Shown here: piece by piece, positions 50,101-61,604 of the stretch | Layout: every line of letters begins with the position of its first letter | Numbering within the stretch: position 1 is the first letter of the stretch | NCBI GenBank assembly: GCA_013265495.1 | Contig: MU057959.1 | Coordinates: 13,202 to 77,201 of the forward strand | Direction: 5' to 3' | From: Vicugna vicugna | Taxonomy: Eukaryota | Length of the DNA stretch: 64,000 nucleotides | Translations under genes and position numbers: made by a program | The notes under the pieces: generated by a model | What the model saw: only the letters and a program-made list of their open reading frames with translations | Databases searched by the model: none | Told to the model about the DNA's origin: nothing

Positions 50101-53100
50101 AGACAGATGACTCTCAAGATTGTCTTCTGCAACCTCCTTCTCCTTCAACACCTCCGTAATCTGCGCTAAGATTTCATCTTTTGTATAACATTTTTTGGCT
50201 GAAAATCATAATACATAAAGCAGAATTTTGACCATTAGAAGCCCTGAAAATTTCTGAACACAGAATAAGAAATTAGATGTGCAAATCAGATCTTCACTTA
50301 GTACAATTTTAATAGAGCTTCAAGAGACACAGATGTCCGCTGCCTGTCTTCAGAATGAAACCTTGTCTGACTCCTTAACTACTTTCTCTCCAGCATCACC
50401 ACCAAGGCTCTGATGACTCATCAGGACCTCTGTGAATCTGCTTCCTAATTGATCACAAATATTGAAAGTAGTTCCTTCTTTATCAGCTTCCTAGCATCCA
50501 TACCTGACAGTCAAGCCTCATTCTGGACAAAATATTCTGGAAACGTATTCTCACATTTTAAAGACACTTTGAGCCTGTGATGCATTTTTATGGAAGATGA
50601 TTTATTCTTTAATCAAACTGCAGTTCTCCTCAGTGCCTTTTTGAAATAGACACCTGTTGTCCCAGGGACTATAGCGCACCTCTCAGTAAGCCTTTGTGCT
50701 CTCCTTTGGTGATGTCTGCATTTATCAGAACATGGCATGAGAGAAATTGAACAAGATGAAGGTGTATTTTAAAGCTTCAGTTCCATGGCTTAGAATGCAT
50801 TGGAAAATGGCATAAAATGAAGTAACTGCGGTCAACCGAATCATACCCATGGCTTAAAATTACTTCACAAGTTCCGAAAATATTTTTAAAACAACTATAT
50901 TTTTAAAATTCTTAAATGTGAACACATGGGACTTATTTTGAAACATTAGGTGATCTGTTACTTCCCACAGCTACCAGCTCCTCTTATTACCGTTGCTTCT
51001 TCATAGATCACATCATAGGATCCTTAATGAACACAACGACCTAGGCCTTGTCAATGGGTAATGAGCCATATGTGCACCTGGTGACTTTTTGAATAAAAAT
51101 GCTGACAGGGGGAGGGTTACTAGACACTGACCATGGAGATAGTAGAATGTGGTACATACCAAACACTTCGAACACAAGAATGGTCTCATTGCCTTCTTCA
51201 TCCACCTCTTCAACAGTTACTATCAGGATATCTTCAGTCAGTTGAATAATTTTCACTTGTTTTTTACCATCATCTGTGAGTGAGTGAGAACAGACATGTG
51301 TACAGATGCATCTTCATTGATTGTGCTTTAGCCTGTGGGGGGCCGTGTGTCGCTCCATCACTGCACTGATGCTACAGGTGGTTATGACTGCAGGAAACCA
51401 GGGAAACACCTTCCGTATCACCACCTTCTCATACATTTAACCTGGCCACCAATTGCCGTCTTAGTAGAATGTTTTCTTGAATCTTGGCTTCTATGAAAGC
51501 TAACATGTGTATTTTGTCTTTTTAACAACATGTGCATATTATCACATGCAAGTTCAAGAACTCTGCACATTTCCAGTATCCCAGCAATGGAGTTGATATC
51601 TTTTCGGAATCAAAATCGGATTACCATTGAAAAGTTGGTGTTATGAGTGCTGCCCTTTAGCAGACTGCCTTCTGCACATTGTGTAGGAATGATGTCATTC
51701 CTCAGCCCCTCAGTTTTTAAGTGTTATGTAATAGATGTGATGAGGCCAGAACCATGTGTGTCGGTGTTAGGACATGTTTACTCACCGAGATATGGAGGAA
51801 GTGATCACCTAAGAGTGAATTCACACCCCTAGGAGTGGTTTACTCACTTCTTTGGCTCCATCCACCCCCTGCCACATTTCTCTTCAGAAGAACAAGCTGA
51901 TCTTCCCTGATTACCACTACATCCTTCTCCCTTCTAGCCCTCTTTGACACCTTATTCAATCACTCAATCTGATCTGATTTAAAACTGCCCAGCTGTGTTC
52001 CCAAAACACAAAAATATGACTCCCATTCTCTGGAACACTGAAACAGCACGTGTCTGCCAGAGCAAATACTAAGGAACAGCCAGCACAACTTCAGACTTTC
52101 AGACAAGTCTTCCACCTTGCCCAAGGCCGCTCCTAGTCCATGGGCCTTGGGTTCCACTGGGACAGTTTAAATCAGGTTTCATGCATCTCTTCTGGTTCTC
52201 AGTCCCCACCTCTGTGATCCCAACAGTTTTACATAGGAGGGTTTCCAGACCGTCTCACAATAGGCTCTATTTGTTTTGAAGGTGAAGGAGGCAGTGAGAA
52301 TAAATCCACCTCCTACGCACTCCTGCTGTGATCAAGGTACTGCTGGTGCTCTGCTGGCTGTGGCTGAAACTTACGTCCCCAGAACAACACTGGGTGGTGC
52401 GGGCTGCAACCACTAAGTCCCAAGTGACCTGCAAAACAGGCCAGCTGTTCCTTTCCCTCCCTTCTTAAATTGACCTGGCAACATCTAGGCAGAAAGGATT
52501 CCCCAAAAAGGAGAAATTTGTAGGGTAGATAGTAGAATTATGAATGATTCAGCCGAATGGAAATAATATAGGAATTAAAAAAAACATTCTTTAGGAAATG
52601 TCCTGATAGATGAAGTTATTGATGAATATGTACAGAAATCCATAAGGCATATATTTCACTTACTTCTGTTTATTAAACAACCCCTGTGCTATTTCTCATG
52701 TTACACCAGCGTTGGGACCTCATATTGATCTATTTAAATTTTCATCAACTCTGTGCCCCTTAATCATTTAAATTTAGGAGTGCTGTTTAGGGCCATTAGA
52801 AAGAACTTAGACATTTAAAACATAGCTTCCAACCTCATTGCCTTGACCAGAAATCATGTTTATGAATCAATAATCTTCATCTTTGATATCACTATTTGTG
52901 AGAGGATTTAAGATCCTTGGCTGTATAGGAATGTATTAAGATGTTCTAGGACTGTATTCAAAAAATGTATCCTGCAGATTGAATTTGATGTGTAAACTCA
53001 AGATAGACCCTTGGGAACTTAGTTTCTGAGATTGTTTTAAATAATCTAGGAAGTGTATTGAGCACCTGAGAACCTCCTGAAATATCAGTTCTATGTACAT

Positions 53101-53718
53101 GCGGTTAGTCTGTCATTGACTATGCTCAAAGTTGAGACAGGCCATCTAAGTCATGTGGTTTAAGCCTTTGCTCTTCAAAAACTATAGTGCCCAGAAAATT
53201 TAGGGTCTATAGCCTGCTTGTACCTCTCTTCTATGGTAGAACTACAATTTTTAACTATGGAGTTCTTGAAAGAATTTGAGTCTAAGATTTCAACCCTAAT
53301 ATACTTTTACCCATAAAATGGTCATACTTACAGTCTATGACATAACTACCATCTTCTTGCTTTTTTCCCGTGACAGTTCCTATTGTGCGTACTCCATTGC
53401 AGCTTAAAGGAAAACATAATCAGACTGCTTGATTAAAAATAATGAACAATTTCACATTTAATTGGGATTTTTTGTTTCACCCTCCTTAGTATCAGTGTTA
53501 CCTATCACCTTAGTGCCTATGAACAAGGTGACATTCAGAAGAGAAGAAATAAGTCCTCTAAGATCAAGAAACTGTCAAGTGGCCTGGATGACTGGTTACA
53601 CACAAAATCTGAGCAGACATTCCAAAGATAAACTAGGAATACAAAGCAGATCATGTTTAAAGCCAAAAAAAAATGAAAAAATTATAACTGGAGAAAGGAA
53701 AGTTATAAGGGTTTTCTT

Positions 53719-54319
53719 CAGAAAGAAATCTACTTCAGGATGACACCTGCACCCCAATGTTCATAGCAGCACTATTTACAATAGCCAAAACATGGAAACA
53801 ACCTAAATGTCCATCAACAGGTGACTGGATAAAGAAGATGTGGTATATTTATACAATGGAATACTACTCAGCCATAAAAACCAACAACATAATGCCATTT
53901 GCAGCAACATGGATGATCCTAGAGAATGTCATTCTAAGTGAAGTAAGCCAGAAAGAGAAAGAAAAATACCATATGAGATCACTCATATGTGGAATCTAAC
54001 AAAGAAAAACAAACAAAAACAAAGCATAAATACAGGACAGAAATAGACTCATGGACAGAGAATACAGACTTGTGGTTACCGGGGCGGAGGGGTAGAGGGT
54101 GGGAAGGGATAGACTGGGATTTCAAAATTGTAGAACAGATAAACAAGATTACACTGTATAGCACAGGGAAATATACACAAAATGTTATGATAAATCACAG
54201 AGAAAAAAATGTGACAAAGAGTGTGTATATGTCCATGAATGAGTGAAAAATTGTGCTGAACACTGGAATTTGACACAACACTGTAAAATGATTATGAATC
54301 AATAAAAAATGTAAAAAAA
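53719..54319 (+). mobile_element. 5'-truncated L1 (ORF2 C-terminus + 3' UTR) in intron 2 of copy D
   Basis: Uninterrupted MFIAALFTIAKTWKQPKCPS...SLICGI, an A-rich tail, and the target-site duplication aagggttttctt (53707-53718 and 54320-54331). Confidence 0.95.
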
Positions 54320-54560
54320 AAGGGTTTTCTTGAAACACATAACTATCAAGACACACCTCATTGTTTCACAAGACTGGTGAAGATTTCTTAGAGAATATAT
54401 AACAGAGAACAACAACAAAAAAAAAGACAAAAATGTGCTCATGTGTATCTAAACACAAGCTCTTCTATCAAAACACTGTAAGAGAATTAAACATGGGAAG
54501 AGACAGATATGCATGTGTGTCAAAAAAATGTTGCCACGTGAAAGTCATTTACATATAGAG

Positions 54561-54966
54561 TATTTCACCATTGGGTACTATGCTGGCTGTAGGTTTATCA
54601 TATATAGCTTTTATTATGTTGAGATATGTTCCCTCTATACCCACTTTGGAGAGAGGAGAGTTTTTATCATAAATGGGTGTTGAACTTTATCAAATGCTTT
54701 TTCTGCATCGATTGAGATGATCGTGTGTTTCTATCCTTTCTCTTGTTTATGTGATGCATTACATTGATTGATTTCCCTATGTTGAACCACCTTTGTGTCC
54801 CTGGGATGAACTCCACTTGGTCATGATGTATAATCTTTTTTATGTGCTGTTGCATTCTATTTGCTAATATTTTGGTGAGGATTTTTGCATCTATGTTCAT
54901 CAGTGATGTTGGCCTATAATTCTCTTTTTTGGTAGTGTCTTTGCCTGGTTTTGGTACCAGGGTGAG
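54561..54966 (-). mobile_element. Internal L1 ORF2 (RT-region) fragment without tail or target-site duplication
   Basis: Encodes ..[36 protein letters not shown]..; absent from intron 2 of A, B and C. Confidence 0.9.
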
Positions 54967-56406
54967 GAACAAGAAGGTAATATGATGGTCTTAAAATGTC
55001 TGCCAGCTATTTTAGAAGATATGCATATGTGCGTGGGTGTAACTTGATTGTATATTATATATATTTGATAGCCTACATATAGTCAGCTATATATACTTGT
55101 ATATCTTTAAAACTACCTCTCCAAACATAAAGCTCTTAGTTGTCTTCTTAATGCTTTTATTCTTCAAAATACGTATCTGAGTTTGCATGCTCCTAGTAAA
55201 ACCCCTGCCAAGTGGAGAACAACCCATGAGCAGCACTGGGAGCTGTGGTGACCTTAATACATTTAGTGATGATTGTAAATCACTGAGAGTCCTTCAGGGT
55301 AGTGGCCACTTTTTCATACATGTCCCCACAGCCTCTGGGGCTGAGGCAGAAGTATGTCCTACAAGTTGGACATGGACTTAAGGCCCTAGGGCTGTAAGGG
55401 TGGAGGCCAGAACCCTCTTGTTCCTGCTGCATTGGCATTTCTTTAATGACTTGACTCCAGTGGAGCATCAGTGAGTTTCCCTCTAAACAAAGTCTCCAGG
55501 ACCTTCTCTAGAGGCTGATCCTACACCTGACTGAGAAACTGCAGATACCCTTCTAATCCTCAAAACTCCGGGAGCTGCAGTCTTCCACTTAACCCAGGTG
55601 TTTCACAGCAAATATTGAAGCCAGACCTTTTCTCAGGGCTGGAGCTTTATGTGAGTTTTCCCTGGTGTTATTGTTACTTACCATCTGCAAATCCTGAAGG
55701 TTCCTGTCTCAATGTCAACAATATAGATGATAAATAGGCATGGGTAGTTCTCACTTGTCTCTGAGATATAAATCAGTTTCCATTCTGAAACCTGAAAACA
55801 AAATTTACCTGAGAAACTGTACTTGATCTCTTTTCCTTGTGTCCACCACCATCCACCATGAGTTTCCCTTCACTTCTGCACATCAGCACAAATTACCTAC
55901 CTGGTATGAACAAAGCAGGGTTCATAAAAGAATGTGAAAACCCAAGGCAAAAGGAAAACATACAGTGGAGATTTTTAATAGATAGCTTATCCCTGTGAAG
56001 TGGAAGAGCTCCTTTACAAGGACAGTAAAGATGCGGGAGAGGCCAGCGATAGATGGTACAAGGAATACAGAGACAGCATAGGAGAAGTGCAGGCGCCAAT
56101 TAGTGGAGCAGTTCTGAGCTGGAGGTAGGTGGCTACGTGAGGGGCACGGAAATATGGATACACATTCCCACATCTCAATAGGGGACACAGACATGCTTAC
56201 ACACAGACATGACCTCCTCCCAGATGAGACTGTCCCTGGTACCTCTGTTGCAGCATCCACAGTTTCAGAATCTTGGGCAGCACAAAGCACACCAAGTAGA
56301 AGAGTCAGGAACAGAATCTCCATCCTGTCAGTTCCTCTAGTCCTCCTCCAGGAGAAGCTGAGCATGCTGTGTACCAGTTGATGGAGAGAATCTGTACATG
56401 TGCCTC

Positions 56407-56413
56407 TTTTATA
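56407..56413 (-). promoter_or_regulatory. TATA box of copy D
   Basis: TATAAAA at the conserved position upstream of the ATG at 56323. Confidence 0.75.
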
Positions 56414-58621
56414 GTGTCCATCTGTGTCCTGACCCATAAGGAGCCAATGGTTGTCAACCTAAGACCTTGGTGACATAGACATTTTGTTAGGATATCCTGG
56501 TTGGCAGGGAGGAGCTTTTCTGGACATCCGTTGTTATTATTTGAGATTAGTTTTAAGAGAAGCTGAAGTTAATCTAGATACTTGATCTTTAGGGTAAGTG
56601 AGAAATCACAGTACATATGACATGTTTCAAGGACAGTGAGATTTATTGGATCCTCAAATCCAGAATGGGGTAAGTCCAAGACATGTGTCCCTAAATGGGA
56701 AGTTGTTTCTTTAACATTGAGGAGATACATTAAAACTTATCTTCTCAAACTGAAGATGTTACTGTTTAGTATAACAGGCTTCCAGTGATTTCCTTTAGAG
56801 ACCTTAGGGACATCTCCAATCCCTGAGGGGAGGAACAGATCAGCACAAACAGGTATCTACCCCACCCTCCCCAGATGGGGCTCTGTTGTCCTTTTCACTA
56901 AGAGGACCTTCCAGGCAGATGACCAGCACCCTCTTGTGAGGAAGATACATGAGCAGTTCATTCTCAGTGCTCTATTTTCCAAACACCTTTTTTACGATAC
57001 AGTCTTTAATATATTATTTATTCATGGGCTGAGTTGTTTTTCCAGGCAAGCAATAAAGCCTGATGGTAGTTGCTTCAAGTTTTAGAAGTTAGAAAGGAAA
57101 AAGCATATTCCCTTCTTTGTAGCTCTGGTTATTTTCAAGGACCCTGAAACAGGCAAAGAACTTCCGCTTTGGAATTTTTATTCATGTTCATTTTCTTTTG
57201 TTAGTGATTTATCAGATACATTCCCTAAGATTTCTTTTGTTCTGACTATAATAATCATGCTTGGATTATATCATACTCCTCTCAGTGAGAACACCAGAGT
57301 CCTGACTCAGTCCCTGCTGGTCCTGGGACGCACACAGCCTCAGTGTGTCTGTGGTGTGTAACCTTTGAGGAGAGCATGGCTGAAAGTGGTCTTCAGCCTC
57401 CATCTTATGTCTGACACTTGTCTTCATACTCAGAAGTGCCAAATACATTGATTCACTGTTGCTTTTCTCTTTTGTTTTGATCCCAACTTCATATTTTCTC
57501 TTACTTTAAGAGTCCACTGTGTATTTTGCTATCCAGCCTTTGACTGTGAAGTCAATGGGAGGGAGGTCTTTCGTGTCTCAAAATGTCTTGGAATTTGTTC
57601 TCTTACCTCTGGGACAGTTCTGAGCAGGGTCATGATCCCAGCTGACACCTCTCGTCCACTTTTCTCACTCCCTCCAACGCTGCCTCTTTCACCCCAGTAT
57701 TAGCATGTTTTTCTTTTGGTGTCCTCCCTACGTGTATTCCCCGGGGATGTGCACCAAGATTATCCCATCTTAGGAAGAGCTTTGGAACTGCCAATCAAAG
57801 TGAAATTAAACAGTAGTTGATCTAAGAGATTATTATAGCAGCTTGGTGTTTGGATCCTGTCAATCATGTAATTTTAGACCTACAAAATCACATGACATTT
57901 TCTCCTGATTGGCTTGAATTTGTGTCGCTCACAATATGTCTTAAAAATGTGACAAATAATAAAGTAACCATCCTATATAAACATGGAGATTTAAACCCCA
58001 AATATTGCTAAGCCATCCTGTATAGATGTTCCTGGACTTTCCTTCTCAAATTTGATCAGGTTTCTGGAAACCTGTACACCATCTCTCCCACTTTATCAGC
58101 TAATTTCTGTCTTTTTTTCCTGTTTTCTCTGTAATGATCCTTTTTACATCTTAAATACCACAATGCATCTATAAATAGTGCAAGGAAGATTTAGAGCCTG
58201 GCCACAAGACACGCCTGATTCCCTCAGATTTCTGACCACAATTCCCATGTACTTAGAATCTGAGTTGACGTAACTCACTACTTTTCTACCTTCAGAGTTG
58301 TGATCCTGGTGAGATTCTGACCCCCAGTGTCTCTCAAGTGGGGACACACTCGCAGTTCCCCAAGTATTTCATTGATGATACTGGTTCTGATGGAGGCTGT
58401 TCAGTGCTGTGCTTGATCCATGTCTTTTTATTCAGTTCCCTGAAACACGCCATTGTTCCTGGTCTCACAGCACACTTGTCAGCAAAAGTGGGTCTTCTTC
58501 CTAAAGCTTGCCCTGTGTTCAGAGTCCCCCAGGTCACTGGTCCCCTCGGTAGAACTCTCTGTTCCTAATGAAGAGCTGTGGTTGGACCAGATCTGAAAGG
58601 ATTCTAAAGCTGATTGAATGG

Positions 58622-58834
58622 TATTGGTTCTCAATCTGTTGCTACCATGCCTCCCAGGATAGACACTTGACATGAATGGTGACATGTTTCTCCCAGTGAG
58701 AGAGAGGTGTTGACAACTTCCACCCAGTGGGCAGACACAAAGCATCCTTTACACACCCTACAGTGTGCAGGACAGCCTCTCACACCCAGAGGTATTCAAA
58801 TATTTGTCAGTCATGGAAAGGTTGAGAAATGCTA
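58622..58834 (+). mobile_element. MER20-like element upstream of copy D
   Basis: Paralogous to 13562-13780. Confidence 0.75.
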
Positions 58835-61604
58835 GTTAATAAGAGTTAACAAGCTCCCCTCAGCCAGAATTCAGCCTCGGTCTTTGCGATGACTGCACAT
58901 TTTGGCAAGACTTGCTTCTTTTCCTAATTGCTCTGTAGGTGGTCTCCCTGTCTCCCTCTCTGTTCCTGATACACTGGATTTGTGCTGACTCAGGAGGTTT
59001 TCTACTTACTTTTGCCCACAGTGTAGTAAACCTCCACACTTCAAACCTATTTACTTCTCACTTTATGAGCATTCTTTCCTTTCATAGGCAGTCTTCATCC
59101 ACTAAAGAGTCACTTCCACAGTGTCATGGTCTTTGGTGTTTGGAGCTGGCTGCATCCTGAGTGCCCAGAACTGGTGAGTGAATGAGTTAGTGTGTGTCCC
59201 CGGGGATTTCTGTTCCTGATGGGTACATTTTTGAAACCATGAATGTAATAGTGAGATTTGGTGAAAAGAAATCCTGAAGGACCTGATAATGAAGAAAGGT
59301 CCAGAGGCATCTCCAGGGATCATTCTGTTACACTCATAGGAGTATGGTTGAAGTAAAAAGGACCCTTGTCAGCGAAGTTCCTTGGCCAAAGAAGGAAGTC
59401 TCTAGCCAGTATGGTCGGACTGACTGATGTGTATGTAGAAGAAAGTCGATGTTGGACAGCATACCCTGTGTACGCTAGTTGTACTCAAAATGCATGAAGA
59501 AAGGGAAACACAGTCATGGCATGTTCAGTAACACAGGTGGTGTATAAAGAAGGAGGTTCCCACCTTGAAACCAATTTACAGAGAATAGGGATTCTGGTGT
59601 TAAATAATTACCCAGGTTGTACATTTCAACATAGCTTCTGAGGGACCTCAGTAGTCTGTCTCAGAAAAGGATCACCATATTTCCATGAAATGTCAAGGGG
59701 TTTGGAAACACTTTGAGGTGTTAAACAACCTCATCAAAGAAGAGCTAGACACTTGATGTGAATGGCAGAGGCAACATCTACATCTGATCTCAAATTTTCT
59801 CACTTGACCTTTTTTGTTTTAAAGTCATTGTCTTTGAAAGTCTTTCAAACCCATCCATTGTTGAAGAAATTAGTTTAAAAAAATAAGAAAACTTACATGC
59901 TCCATCACCTTCATATTTCTTCTGGAAAGTTCTGGAAAGTTTTCAGTGTGCAAAAAGATTTGAATAGGACTAAATGTCATATCCTGCAAATGTCAGAGAA
60001 GGCATCTTCCAGGAGAAAAGGTCCCCATTGTCTCTTTCCTGAATTTACCTTTGACTTGCTTTCCCTGTGTTGGTTTTGGTCAGTTGGTGTTTGTTAGTTC
60101 ATTGTTTCCATTTCATCATGTATGTGTTCTTTACTGAATAATGGGCACTCTATTTCTGAGATATATTTCCATCTGCTTGTCTCTGGACATAGTCCTTGAT
60201 CATAATGTTTATTGTGAACTAAATAGGATTTTTTTCCCCATGCATCCACCCTGCTCTAAGTAGTAAGTGAGGATTAGCTAAGGTTATCTTGGAATCAAAA
60301 GCCAATGTGAAGAACAGTGGCTCCCAGACCAGTCCTTCTCAAGGTGTGTGCACACAGTGAGAGAAAACTCTCAGTCCTCTGTGGAGTGTTGTGTTTCCTT
60401 TTGTTTTCTGGCAACTTAGAATGGAAGTGGTATCAGCCAATATACAAGAAACTTTTATACACATATGCATTAAAAGCACAGTGTGTTCTGTGAGTTAGCT
60501 AGTGTCCATTGTTTGGTCTTCATTCAGTTAATATGGATTTAGCACCTATCATGTGCAAACCTCACCCAAGTCTCAGAATTCCTCAGGAACCATATAGACT
60601 GGATTAAGAATCTAGTGAGGTTATCTCCCTGTGAAAGAGACAGAAGATAAGCAAGCTCCCCACTCTTGCCAAATATCTCATCTGTTTCTAAATTCTGGGA
60701 TGAAAACTAAAACAAGGCAGCACCATAGAGTGTATCTGGGTCCTTTTTTGGAAGGAGGTGGAATTTCCAAAATGAAGGGTTTATAGTGAAGCTCTGAGGA
60801 GAGTTTGAAGAGTGAGTTGAGTGTGTATCTGTGACAGGAATGTGCTGGCAACAGAAAATAAAAAGATGTTTTGGGTGTTGTTTCTACTGTTTCTGTCAAT
60901 ATTTTAAAGTTATGTGCACTTTGTAAGACATTTCCATGTATAGGAATCATGAAATAATTGAGACATACAAAACTCATTGCTGGTATGATGACTGTCGTAT
61001 TGAAACGTTTAGAAAGAAAGCTAGCAGTCTTGTAGCTGAACACATTCGTAGTAGGAAATGGAAGACATTAAGTTCATAAATTAGATGTCTCTGAATCCAC
61101 ATATAAACAATCTCTAAAAATATGTCTACCTGAATTAAATAAAAGTATGATTTTGTTGATATTTTTTCTCCTCTACATGTATAAAACAAGGGCCTCTGTC
61201 TGATATGTTAGTATGTTTGTGCATTAATGAAAGTGCATACCTTTGTAAAATGTAGACTTCATACCCATCTCTTGAAATAACTTAATACTATCTATACATT
61301 AAGGACAGGTTGTGATATGAAATACTTTAATATGAAATCACAGTTATGTATCTGTGGAATTATTTGTCCAAGTATAGGTATTTCTCCTTGAATGTTTGAT
61401 AGTTTTTACTTCTGAAATCTTTTGAACCTGAAACTTCTTTAAGCACAATTCTATGATGGCAAGTGGAATTTCTTTAATAGAGATTATACAGTAGAGATTT
61501 TTTATTTCATCACCCATTTTTTTCCTTTTTTAGATTCTATGTTTTGACTCATTTTATTCAATAATTATTTGATACCGACAACATGCAAGTTACTTTCTTT
61601 ATTT

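Larger units (their letters stand above)
49851..56323 (-). pseudogene. OBP-like lipocalin copy D, probable pseudogene (exons 56243-56323, 55682-55791, 51435-51490, 51160-51273, 50099-50198, 49851-49896)
   Basis: MEILFLTLLLGVLCAAQDSETVDAATE|VSEWKLIYISETSENYPCLFIIYIVDIETGTFRICR|(TG+A=stop)SQDSRKHSTKTAIGGQVK|YDGKKQVKIIQLTEDILIVTVEEVDEEGNETILVFEVF|AKKCYTKDEILAQITEVLKEKEVAEDNLE.. Exon2 has lost 27 nt in frame. The exon2/3 junction makes TGA unless the tandem AAG acceptor is used. Exon5 is 100 nt and frameshifted near its end. The exon6 donor is ctaagt. Confidence 0.7.
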
